Part shown: positions 22,940 to 32,000 of the stretch, in pieces
Numbering within the stretch: the first letter of the stretch is position 1
Layout of the letters: every line of letters begins with the position of its first letter
Assembly (NCBI RefSeq): GCF_000008305.1
Contig: NC_006055.1
Coordinates: forward strand, 120,001 to 152,000
Direction: 5' to 3'
Source of the DNA: Mesoplasma florum L1
GTDB taxonomy: Bacteria; Bacillota_I; Bacilli_A; Mycoplasmatales; Mycoplasmataceae
Length of the DNA stretch: 32,000 bases
Notes under the pieces: model-generated
The model's input: only the letters and a program-made list of their open reading frames with translations
What the model was told of the DNA's origin: nothing
Databases searched by the model: none
Made by a program: the position numbers and the translations under genes

Positions 22940-22940
22940 T

Positions 22941-24245
22941 TTATCTAATAATCTTTATAATATTTTGTTGTTTTTCATTTTCAGTTGAAATAATAAAACT
23001 TTTTTTAGCTCTCTCTATTCAATCATTGTTAATATCAAAGTTTGTGTAGAAAGTTAAAACAACATCACCAGTTTTTACAACATCACCAGTTTTTTTATTT
23101 AAATATATTCCAGCAGAGAAATCTATTAAATCCTCTTTTGTTTTTCTACCGGCTCCAAGATCCATTGAAAGTAAACCTATAGTTTCAGCGTCTTGTGAAA
23201 TGATGTAACCATCTTTTTCAGCGAATACTTCAATTTTATTCTTAGTTGTAAAATTTTGATCATAGTTTTTGATTAACTCAAAATTTCCGCCCTGAGCTTC
23301 AACGAATTCTTCCAAGTAATGTGCACATTCACCAGTTTCTAGTTTTTTATAACAATCAGTTATAGCATCTTCTAATTTATCAAAAATACCTAAGTCAGTT
23401 AAAGTTAATCCAGCAGCTGTACAAACAACTTCTTTTAAATCTTCTGGACCATTGTTATTTAAAGTATCTCAAGCTTCCTTAACTTCAATTGCATTTCCTA
23501 TAGCTTTTCCTAAAGGTTTTTGCATGTCAGTAAGAAGAATTGAAACTTTTCTATTATACCCGTGCCCAATAGTAATCATTTCGTTTGCTAGTTTTTCAGC
23601 AATGTCTACATTTTTCATAAATGCACCAGCTCCAACTTTAACATCTAGAATTAAACTGTCACTATCGATTACTAATTTTTTGCTCATAATAGAAGCAGCG
23701 ATTAAAGGAATAGAATCAACAGTTCCAGTAACATCTCTTAGTGCATACATTTTTTTATCAGCAGGAACAATATCATCTGACTGACCTGTGATGCTCATTC
23801 CAACTTCATTAATTGTTTTAATGAATTTTTCTTTAGATAATTCACTTGTTCAACCTTTACATGACTCTAATTTATCAATAGTACCACCAGTTACTCCAAG
23901 TCCTCTACCAGAAAGTTTACAAACCTTTACTCCATAACTTGCAACTAACGGACTATATACTAAACTTGTTTTGTCTCCAACTCCGCCAGTTGAATGCTTA
24001 TCAGCTTTTAAACCTGTAACCTCACTGACATCATAAACATATCCTGATTCAACATAAGATTGGGTTAATGCTAAAGTTTCTGCTTTGGTCATTCCATTAA
24101 AATAAACCGCCATAGCAAAAGCAGCCATTTGATAATCTGTTACATTATTTTTAACGTAACTGTTTATCAATCATTTAATTTCTTCAGCTGATAATTCTAT
24201 TGAATGTTTCTTTTTTTCTATAATTTCACTAAAACTGTAGTTCAT
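22941..24245 (-). CDS. pdp: Pyrimidine-nucleoside (thymidine) phosphorylase
   Basis: The minus-strand ATG (complement of 24243-24245) follows AAAGGAGA. Motifs are [30 protein letters not shown] and a C-terminal PYNP domain. Track ORFs 23019-23315, 23469-23798 and 23850-24170 are one frame joined by TGA. The stop is the complement of 22941-22943. Confidence 0.95.
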
Positions 24246-24339
24246 AAGTCTCCTTTTGTAAGAGTGCACAATATTTACACCATTACTCTTTCTACTATAT
24301 TATAATAGAATAGACATATAAAAAACATAAGGAGTACAA

Positions 24340-26025
24340 ATGGTTTTTGATAAAAATAACAAAGTTTATAGTGAATGAATAAATAGCCAAAAATTGGATG
24401 ATGAGTTGAAAAGCCTTTTAGTAAATGCTACTGATGATGAATTGCATGCAGCATTTGAAGGAATAGAGTTAGAATTTGGAACAGCAGGTATAAGAGGTAT
24501 TCTTGGAGCAGGACCTGGAAGATTTAACGTTTACACTGTTAAAAAAGTTACTATTGCATTTGCAGAATTATTAAAACAAAATTACCCAAATAGGTTGAAT
24601 GATGGAATAGTTGTTGGTCATGATAACCGTCATAATTCTAAACAGTTTGCAAAAGTTGTAGCCGAAGTTTTATCAAGCTTTGGAATTAAAGCATATTTAT
24701 TTAAAGAAAATGAAATGATGCCTACACCTGTTGTTTCATATGCAACTAAATTTTTAAACTGTATTGGAGGTATTGTAATAACAGCATCACATAATCCTTC
24801 AGAATATAACGGTTATAAAATATATGATCCATACGGATGTCAATTGCAAGATGAACAAACAGCAATTATTGCAAAAAGAATGGATGAAATTACAGACATT
24901 TTAAATTGAGAATATAAAATAAATGATTCGCTAATAGAAACAGTTAGCGAAAATGTTATTAAAGAATATGTAGATATGATTAAAAATCTTGAATTCTACA
25001 AAAAAGAGCAAGAAGCTAAAAAAGATTTAAAAATTATTTTTAGCGCAGTTAATGGAACAGGAACTAAATTTACCCCAAAAATATTACGTGAATCAGGATA
25101 TAACGTTATTGAGGTTGAAGAGCATGCATTTGAAGATGAAACATTTAAAAATGTTGTAAATCCAAATCCAGAATTTGATCCTGCATGAAAAATACCGCTT
25201 GAATATGGTATTAAACATGATGCAGATATTATTATTATGAATGACCCAGATGCTGACAGATTTGGAATGGCAATAAAACATGATGGTCATTTTGTAAGAT
25301 TAGATGGAAATCAAACAGGACCAATTTTAATTGATTGAAAATTATCAAATCTAAAACGCTTAAATAGCATTCCAAAAAATCCGGCTCTATATTCAAGTTT
25401 TGTAACAAGTGATTTGGGTGATAGAATCGCTCATGAAAAATATGGAGTTAATATTGTAAAAACTTTAACTGGATTTAAATGAATGGGTAGAGAAATTGCT
25501 AAAGAAGAAGATAACGGATTAAATTTTGTTTTTGCTTATGAAGAAAGTTATGGATATGTAATTGATGACTCAGCTAGAGATAAAGATGGAATACAAGCTT
25601 CTATATTAATAGCAGAGGCTGCTTGATTTTATAAAAAACAAAATAAAACATTAGTAGACTATTTAGAAGATTTATTTAAAGAAATGGGTGCATATTACAC
25701 TTTCACTTTAAACTTGAATTTTAAACCAGAAGAAAAGAAATTAAAAATTGAACCATTAATGAAATCATTGAGAGCAACACCCTTAACTCAAATTGCTGGA
25801 CTTAAAGTTGTTAATGTTGAAGACTACATCGATGGAATGTATAATATGCCAGGACAAGACTTACTAAAATTTTATTTAGAAGATAAGTCATGATTTGCTG
25901 TTCGCCCAAGTGGAACTGAACCTAAACTAAAAATTTATTTTATAGGTGTTGGTGAATCTGTTCAAAACGCTAAAGTTAAAGTAGACGAAATTATTAAAGA
26001 ATTAAAATTAAAAATGAATATATAG
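24340..26025 (+). CDS. Alpha-D-phosphohexomutase family enzyme (PgcA/ManB-type), possibly acting as phosphopentomutase
   Basis: AAGGAG RBS is present. Motifs are GTAGIRG, the phosphoserine loop [13 protein letters not shown], the metal loop NDPDADRFG, the sugar loop YEESYGY and the phosphate loop [12 protein letters not shown]. Four track fragments share frame 1 across TGA codons. Stop is TAG at 26023-26025. Confidence 0.9.
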
Positions 26026-26033
26026 GAGAAAAA

Positions 26034-26696
26034 ATGAAACTAAACAAATATATAGATCACACATTATTAAAACAAGATGCTACGAAAGCTGAAATTAAAC
26101 AATTATGTGATGAAGCAATTGAATTTGATTTTGCAACAGTTTGTGTTAATTCATATTGAACAAGCTATTGTAAAGAATTATTAAAAGGCACAAATGTAGG
26201 AATAACAAATGTTGTAGGTTTTCCTCTAGGTGCATGCACAACAGCTACAAAAGCATTCGAAGTTTCTGAAGCAATTAAAGATGGTGCAACAGAAATTGAT
26301 ATGGTATTAAATATTGGTGCATTAAAAGACAAAAATTATGAATTAGTTTTAGAAGACATGAAAGCTGTAAAAAAAGCAGCTGGATCACATGTTGTTAAAT
26401 GTATTATGGAAAATTGTTTATTAACAAAAGAAGAAATCATGAAAGCTTGTGAAATAGCTGTTGAAGCTGGATTAGAATTTGTTAAAACATCAACAGGATT
26501 TTCAAAATCAGGTGCAACATTTGAAGATGTTAAACTAATGAAGTCAGTTGTTAAAGACAATGCTTTAGTTAAAGCAGCTGGTGGAGTTAGAACATTTGAA
26601 GATGCTCAAAAAATGATTGAAGCAGGAGCTGACCGCTTAGGAACAAGTGGTGGAGTAGCTATTATTAAAGGTGAAGAAAACAACGCGAGTTACTAA
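26034..26696 (+). CDS. deoC: Deoxyribose-phosphate aldolase
   Basis: GGAG RBS is present. Motifs are [21 protein letters not shown] and the Schiff-base lysine context FVKTSTGF. Confidence 0.95.
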
Positions 26697-26711
26697 AACT
26701 AGCGTTTTTTT
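26682..26711 (+). terminator. Probable terminator overlapping the deoC 3' end
   Basis: AACGC (26682-26686) pairs with GCGTT (26702-26706), plus an inner 3-bp stem AGT/ACT, followed by T7. Confidence 0.55.
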
Positions 26712-26798
26712 ATTTTGCTCATTTTTATTAAAAGTTTGCAAAAAGGAACATAAAAATTCTAATTATTGATACTAAAGTTATTAAAAAGAAGATTTTGG

Positions 26799-26827
26799 TT
26801 GATTTTATAAAGGTCATAGAATATAAT
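26799..26827 (+). promoter_or_regulatory. Sigma-70-type promoter of the S10 ribosomal-protein operon
   Basis: TTGATT (26799-26804), a 17-nt spacer, then consensus TATAAT (26822-26827). This implies a 5' leader of about 80 nt before rpsJ. Confidence 0.6.
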
Positions 26828-26916
26828 ATTTTAGCATGTGTATTTTGTGTGCTCATTTACAACACACCGGTAAGGGTTGTTGATGAATGAAAAAATTATT
26901 AAAAATGGAGGTTACA

Positions 26917-27225
26917 ATGGCAGAACAAAAAATGAGAATAAAACTAAAAGGCTATGATCACGCAATTATCGATCAAAGTATTTTAAAAATTATTGAAGCT
27001 GCTGAAGGAACTGGGGCAAAGGTTAGAGGACCTATCCCATTACCAACAGATAAACAAGTGATTACCATCTTAAGAGCTGTTCACAAGTACAAAGACTCAC
27101 GTGAACAATTCGAAATGAGAACACACAAAAGATTATTAGAGATTTTAAATCCAACACCAACTACAATGGACGTATTAAAAAGAGTTCAATTACCAAGTGG
27201 TGTAGATATCGAAATCAAGTTATAA
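26917..27225 (+). CDS. rpsJ: 30S ribosomal protein S10
   Basis: GGAGG lies 8 nt upstream of the ATG at 26917. [15 protein letters not shown] matches the canonical S10 N-terminus, and [13 protein letters not shown] is present. Confidence 0.95.
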   Translation: MAEQKMRIKLKGYDHAIIDQSILKIIEAAEGTGAKVRGPIPLPTDKQVITILRAVHKYKDSREQFEMRTHKRLLEILNPTPTTMDVLKRVQLPSGVDIEIKL

Positions 27226-27289
27226 AAAAAATACAAATACAAAATTAAGTAACGAAATATACATGATTATCAATTAGGAGGATAAAAAG

Positions 27290-28006
27290 ATGAAAGGAAT
27301 CTTAGGACGTAAAGTTGAAATGACTCAAGTTTTTACAGCTAACGGGAAATTAGTACCAGTTACTGTAGTTGAAGTTCAACCAAACACTATCTTACAAGTT
27401 AAAACTCTTGAAACAAATGGTTACGTTGCTACTCAATTAGGAGTATTCGACAAAAGAGAAAACTTAGTAAACAAACCTGAATTAGGACAATTCAAAAAAG
27501 CTAACTCAGTTCCTAAGCGCTTCGTAAAAGAGATCAGAAACATGGAAGGGTTTGAAGTTGGATCAGTAATTTCAGCATCAGACATTTTCGAAACTGGTCA
27601 ATACGTTGACGTTACAGGAATTTCAAAAGGAAAAGGATTTGCGGGAGCAATCAAAAGACATAACTACTCAAGAGGACCAATGGCTCACGGGTCAGGTTAC
27701 CACCGTGGTATAGGTTCAATGGGAGCTATTATCAACCGTATTTTCAAATCTAAAAAAATGGCAGGTCACATGGGACATGTTAAACGTACAGTTCAAAACT
27801 TAGAAGTAATTGCAATCGATAACAACATAATGTTAGTTAAAGGTTCAATTCCAGGACCAAACAAAGGATTTGTTACAATCAAAGCCAATGTTAAAGGTTT
27901 ATCAAACACACAAGCAGCAGAATTATTAGTAAGAAACGCGCCAGTAGCTACTGAAGCTCCAATCGAAGCACCAGTAGTTGAAGAAGTTGTTTCAACAGAA
28001 GAGTAA
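27290..28006 (+). CDS. rplC: 50S ribosomal protein L3
   Basis: AGGAGG RBS is present. Motifs are [15 protein letters not shown] and [22 protein letters not shown]. Confidence 0.97.
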   Translation: MKGILGRKVEMTQVFTANGKLVPVTVVEVQPNTILQVKTLETNGYVATQLGVFDKRENLVNKPELGQFKKANSVPKRFVKEIRNMEGFEVGSVISASDIFETGQYVDVTGISKGKGFAGAIKRHNYSRGPMAHGSGYHRGIGSMGAIINRIFKSKKMAGHMGHVKRTVQNLEVIAIDNNIMLVKGSIPGPNKGFVTIKANVKGLSNTQAAELLVRNAPVATEAPIEAPVVEEVVSTEE

Positions 28007-28018
28007 TAGGAGACAAGT

Positions 28019-28645
28019 ATGGAATTAAAAGTATTAAACGTCCAAGGACAAGAAGTTAAAACAATTTCATTAAACGATAGCGTTTGAAATGTGGCACCAC
28101 ATAAACAAGCTATTTATGACACTGTTATTTCACAACAAGCTGCTTTAAGACAAGGAACTAAAAAAACTAAAACTCGTGCTGAAGTACGTGGTGGTGGTAA
28201 AAAACCTTGAAGACAAAAAGGAACTGGACGTGCACGTCAAGGATCAATTAGAGCACCACACTGAAGAGGTGGAGGGGTTACTTTTGGTCCAACACCTGAT
28301 ATTAACTACAAGAAATCAGTAAACAAAAAAGTAAGAGCATTAGCATTTAAATCAGCATTATCAATTAAAGCTAGTGAACAAAATCTTGTAATCGTTGATA
28401 AATTCGATTTCGCTAAACCATCAACAAAAGAAATGATTAGCGTAATGAAAAATTTACAAATTGATGATCAAAAAACATTAATCATTACTAAAGAAAATGA
28501 AGAATTAGTAATTAAATCTTCAAGTAACATTAAAGGGGTAAAAACTTTACCATCAATCAAATTAAACGTATTTGATATCTTAAATGCAACTAAATTAGTT
28601 ATGACAGAAGAAGCTGCAATGGCTGTTGAGGGGGTATACGCATAA
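28019..28645 (+). CDS. rplD: 50S ribosomal protein L4
   Basis: AGGAGA RBS is present. In [34 protein letters not shown] both Trp residues are encoded by TGA. Track ORF 28433-28645 is the C-terminal piece. Confidence 0.96.
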
Positions 28646-28929
28646 TGCATTTAACAGAAGTAATTAAAAAACCTGTGTTAACTGAAAAATCATTTTTAGG
28701 TCACGCAAACGGTGTATATACTTTCTTAGTAGACAGAAGAGCTAATAAAGTTCAAATTAAAAAAACATTCGAAGAAATCTTTGAAGTAAAAGTTGAGTCA
28801 GTAAGAACAATGAATTACGATGGAAAAGAAAAAAGAATGGGTAGATTTGTTGGAAAAACAAATAACTACAAAAAAGCAATCATCACTTTAAAAGATGGTG
28901 AAACATTAGACATTTTAAGCGATTTATAG
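28645..28929 (+). CDS. rplW: 50S ribosomal protein L23
   Basis: The start shares one nucleotide with the rplD stop (TAATG). Motifs are [11 protein letters not shown], and [12 protein letters not shown] followed by KKAIITL. Confidence 0.95.
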
Positions 28930-28995
28930 AAAAAACCTAGCCCATAGGCGACAAATATTATAAATCAAAAATAAAAAGCTATAGAAAGGGATATT

Positions 28996-29841
28996 ATGGC
29001 AATTAAAAAATATAAACCTACGACAAACGGTCGTAGAAATATGACTAGTATTGATTACAAGGCAACTTTAACAACAAGTACTCCTGAAAAATCATTATTA
29101 GCTGCTAAAAACTCTAAAGCCGGACGTAACAACCGTGGTTTAATTACTACACGTCACAAAGGTGGAGGACATAAACAAAAATACAGAATTATTGACTTTA
29201 AACGTAATAAAAGAGATGTTGTTGGAACAATCGCTACAATCGAGTACGACCCAAACAGAAACGCATTTATTTGTTTAGTTAATTACTTAGATGGAGAAAA
29301 ACGTTACATCTTATTTGCAAAAGGAATGACAGTTGGAATGAAAATTGTTGCTTCAGAACATGCAGATATTAAAGTTGGAAATGCTGCTCCATTAAAAAAC
29401 ATTCCTGAAGGGACATTAATTCACAACGTTGAATTAAAACCTGGAAAAGGTGGACAAATGGCTAGAAGTGCTGGAACATCAGTACAAATCTTAGGGAAAG
29501 ATGATGACGGTAAATATGTAACTTTACGTTTAACATCTGGAGAAGTAAGAAAAGTTTTAGCTGATTGTTACGCAACAATTGGAGAAGTTGGAAACGAAGA
29601 ATACAACTTAGTTAATTGAGGAAAAGCTGGACGTAATCGTTGAAGAGGTATTCGTCCAACAGTTCGTGGTTCAGTAATGAACCCTAACGATCACCCACAT
29701 GGGGGAGGGGAAGGGCGTACTCCAATCGGACGTAAGAGCCCAGTTACTCCATGAGGTAAAAAAGCTCTTGGTGTTAAAACAAGAAACACTAAGAAACCAT
29801 CAGAGAAACTTATTGTAAGAAAGCGTAATGCTAAGAAATAG
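28996..29841 (+). CDS. rplB: 50S ribosomal protein L2
   Basis: Motifs are [16 protein letters not shown] and [14 protein letters not shown]. The three in-frame TGA codons at 29617, 29641 and 29752 encode the Trp residues in NWGKAGRNRWRG and PWGK. Stop is TAG at 29839-29841. Confidence 0.97.
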
Positions 29842-29859
29842 GGAAGGAGAATAGAAGAC

Positions 29860-30123
29860 ATGGCAAGATCATTAAAAAAAGGACCATTTGTAGACGAAAA
29901 CTTATTTAAAAAAGCTGAAGTTGCAAAAGATGGAGAAGTTATAAAAACTTGATCACGTAGATCAACTATTTTCCCTGAATTCATCGGTAAAACTTTCGGA
30001 GTATACAATGGTAAAGAATTTATTCCCGTGTACGTAACAGAAGATATGGTTGGGCACAAATTAGGAGAATTTGCCCCAACTCGTAAATTCGGTGGTCACG
30101 GAGACGACAAAGGTAAGAAATAG
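29860..30123 (+). CDS. rpsS: 30S ribosomal protein S19
   Basis: GGAAGGAG RBS is present. The sequence runs [12 protein letters not shown]...[24 protein letters not shown]...VGHKLGEF, and the Trp in KTWSRRS is encoded by TGA. This gene is absent from the ORF track because of that TGA. Confidence 0.96.
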
Positions 30124-30141
30124 AAGAGGTAGGATGACAAT

Positions 30142-30480
30142 ATGGAAGCAAAAGCTTATTTAAATATGATTCGTATCTCTCCTAGAAAAGTTAGATTAGT
30201 AGCAGATACAATCAGAAACAAACCAGTTGCAGCCGCAATTGCAACATTATATAACTTAGATAAAAGATCAGCTGAGCCAGTATTAAAATTATTAAACTCA
30301 GCAATCGCAAACGCAGTTAACAACAATGGAATGGACGCAGATAAATTATTTGTTAAAACTATTTTTGTTAACGAAGGACCAACTTTAAAACGTTTTAGAC
30401 CAAGAGCTCATGGTAGAGCATACGAAATTTTAAAAAGAACATCACACGTAACAATTATTGTTAGTGATGAAAGAATATAG
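30142..30480 (+). CDS. rplV: 50S ribosomal protein L22
   Basis: Motifs are [16 protein letters not shown] and [25 protein letters not shown]. Confidence 0.96.
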   Translation: MEAKAYLNMIRISPRKVRLVADTIRNKPVAAAIATLYNLDKRSAEPVLKLLNSAIANAVNNNGMDADKLFVKTIFVNEGPTLKRFRPRAHGRAYEILKRTSHVTIIVSDERI

Positions 30481-30498
30481 GAAGGACGAGAAGAATAT

Positions 30499-31224
30499 AT
30501 GGGACAAAAAGTATCACCTAATGTTTTACGTTTAGGAATCGTTAGAGATTGAGAAGACACTTGATATGCTGAAAAAGATCAATACGTTAAATGATTAGAT
30601 CAAGATATCAAAATCCGTGAAGGAGTTCTTAAATTATTAAAAGATGCAGCTGTATCAAAAATTAAAATTGAAAGAACAAACTCAAACATTACTTTAATCA
30701 TTAGAACTGCTCGTCCAGCTATCGTGCTTGGTCAAGAAGGTAAAAATGTTTCAAATATCGCAACAGCAGTGCAAAAAATTGCTAAAGATAGAAACTTAAA
30801 AGTTGAAGTTAAAGTAATTGAAGTAAAAAATCCTGATGCAGATGCAACATTAGTTGCAAGATGAATCGGAGAACAAATTACAAACCGTGCTTCATTTAGA
30901 ACAGTTCAAAAATTAGCTATTAGAAAAGCTTTAAAAGCAGGAGTTAAAGGAATCAAAACTTCTGTAAGTGGACGTTTAGGTGGAGTTGAAATGGCTCGTA
31001 CAGAAGGGTACATCGAAGGATCAGTACCTCTATCTACATTAAGAGCAGACATTGATTATGCTTTATATGAAGCTCCAACTACATATGGACAAATTGGTGT
31101 TAAAGTTTGAATTAATCATGGTGAAGTTATCGGAGGTCAAAGCCAAAGAGTTTCTGAAAAAGCACCAATGAATAATGATAGAAGATTCAACAACAAAAAC
31201 AACAACAGAGGGGGACGTAAATAA
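30499..31224 (+). CDS. rpsC: 30S ribosomal protein S3
   Basis: [24 protein letters not shown] (Trp encoded by TGA), a KH-domain segment, and [30 protein letters not shown]. Stop is TAA at 31222-31224. Confidence 0.96.
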
Positions 31225-31637
31225 TGTTATTACCAAAAAGAACCAAATATCGTAAACCTCATAAAGTTAGTTTTAAAGGAAAAGCAAAAGGAGCTAAAAC
31301 AATCAACTTTGGTGAATATGGATTAATGTCTCTTGACGGAGCATGAATCGATAACCGTCAAATTGAAGCAGCTCGTATTGCTATGACACGTTATATGAGA
31401 CGTGATGGAAAAGTTTGAATGAGAATTTTCCCACACATTTCAATGTCAAAAAAACCTGCTGAAGTTAGAATGGGATCTGGAAAAGGGAACCCCGAAAAAT
31501 GAGTAGCAGTTGTAAAAGAAGGAACAGTTATGTTTGAAATTGCTGGAGTTAGTGAAGAAACTGCAAGAGAAGCTTTACGTCTTGCAATGCACAAATTACC
31601 AGTTCGTTGCAAATTCGTTAAAAGAGGTGAAGAATAA
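31224..31637 (+). CDS. rplP: 50S ribosomal protein L16
   Basis: The start overlaps the rpsC stop by 1 nt. Motifs are [26 protein letters not shown] (Trp encoded by TGA) and [13 protein letters not shown]. Confidence 0.96.
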
Positions 31638-32000
31638 TGGCAAATAAATTAATGGATGAAATTAGAGCGCTTTCAGTAGAACAATTATTAGAAAGAAACG
31701 AAGCTAAAAAAGCTGAGTTATTCGCATTAAAATTCCAAGCTGCTGTTGGAAGTTTAGAACAAACACACCGTATTAAAGAAATTAAAAAAGAAATTGCAAG
31801 AATTCAATTAGTAATAGCTGAAAAAGCTAAAGCTGGTGAAGAAGTAAACAAAACTGTTAAAACAAACTATAACCAAGCTGTAACTGAAGCTGAAAAAGCT
31901 GGTAAAGAAGTTAGAGCAAAACAACGTAAAATGATCGAAGAATTACAAGCACAATATGAAAACAACGGTGCAAGTAATGATGATGCTATTGCAGAAGCTA
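31637..32000 (+). CDS. rpmC: 50S ribosomal protein L29, 3' end beyond the window; carries a long C-terminal extension
   Basis: The start overlaps the rplP stop by 1 nt. The L29 core is IRALSVEQLLERNEAKKAELFALKFQAAVGSLEQTHRIKEIKKEIARI. The frame stays open for at least 121 codons to the window edge. Confidence 0.9.
   Translation, partial: MANKLMDEIRALSVEQLLERNEAKKAELFALKFQAAVGSLEQTHRIKEIKKEIARIQLVIAEKAKAGEEVNKTVKTNYNQAVTEAEKAGKEVRAKQRKMIEELQAQYENNGASNDDAIAEA

Noticed and set aside
23452-23784. A 110-aa plus-strand ORF lies inside the pdp region.
   Set aside because: It is antisense to the well-conserved central domain of pyrimidine-nucleoside phosphorylase, has no RBS, and its translation is nondescript.
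24260-24290. An inverted repeat AAGAGT...ACTCTT (6-bp arms, 19-nt spacer) lies in the divergent pdp/mutase intergenic region and could be an operator.
   Set aside because: The arms are only 6 bp and cannot be extended, and the spacer is long. Chance occurrence is plausible in about 95 bp of AT-rich DNA. It is not strong enough to report without comparative data.
26887-26916. A 10-codon N-terminal extension of rpsJ ([10 protein letters not shown]) is suggested by the track.
   Set aside because: The GGAGG RBS sits inside this extension, 8 nt before ATG 26917. [15 protein letters not shown] matches the canonical S10 N-terminus.
28930-28995. A 66-nt gap inside the S10 operon between rplW and rplB contains a small hairpin, CCTA-gccca-TAGG.
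   Set aside because: The stem is only 4 bp with no U-tract, and no convincing -35/-10 pair is present. It is most simply a spacer carrying the rplB RBS (AAAGGGA).
29691-30059. A 122-aa minus-strand ORF spans the rplB/rpsS junction. Other antisense ORFs from the track are 468-689, 3509-3736, 4798-5001, 5068-5250, 9007-9222, 9274-9522, 9467-9736, 10493-10699, 13303-13512, 14190-14408, 14481-14777, 18972-19202, 20697-20930, 25093-25290, 26336-26560, 28468-28650 and 31391-31612.
   Set aside because: Each lies entirely antisense to a confidently identified conserved gene. None has an RBS or recognisable motifs, and their low-complexity Ser/Pro/Phe/Leu-rich translations are typical of shadow ORFs.

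Overview
This is an AT-rich, gene-dense window, and almost all of it is housekeeping. It comes from a Mollicutes-type genome that reads UGA as Trp (translation table 4). The supplied standard-code ORF track therefore breaks about twenty genes into pieces, and I re-joined them by reading through in-frame TGA codons. I can support 35 CDS and 1 tRNA. In order: the tail of an opp operon (oppF, then a giant OppA-like lipoprotein), an alpha/beta-hydrolase, ftsK, uvrC, greA, rsmI, tRNA-His, a minus-strand rhodanese, rpiB-glyA-upp, a complete F1Fo ATP synthase operon (atpI-like, then atpBEFHAGDC), an Ohr/OsmC peroxidase, a lone fused ABC exporter, a nucleoside-salvage cluster (pdp on the minus strand, a phosphohexomutase-family mutase and deoC on the plus strand), and the start of the S10 ribosomal operon (rpsJ-rplC-rplD-rplW-rplB-rpsS-rplV-rpsC-rplP-rpmC, running off the window). 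Several clean rho-independent terminators and three sigma-70-like promoters are visible. The rpiB-glyA-upp-atp order matches Bacillus. Gene content and lipoprotein style suggest the Spiroplasma/Entomoplasma/Mycoplasma mycoides clade, but I cannot confirm the genus without a database search. I found no CRISPR array, no transposase or integrase, no phage or defence genes, and no gene-free stretch longer than about 200 bp. I therefore see no convincing evidence for a novel multi-gene system here. The points worth a second look are lineage-specific elaborations of core machinery: a Trp/Gly-rich insertion in ATP synthase subunit a, an epsilon subunit lacking its C-terminal domain, an extended c subunit, a doubled-length L29, and a double-size OppA. 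There are also a few candidate regulatory elements: the S10 leader, an 11-nt direct repeat bracketing the ftsK promoter, and a 49-nt composite bidirectional terminator. All protein identifications rest on motifs I recognise in my own translations, not on searches.
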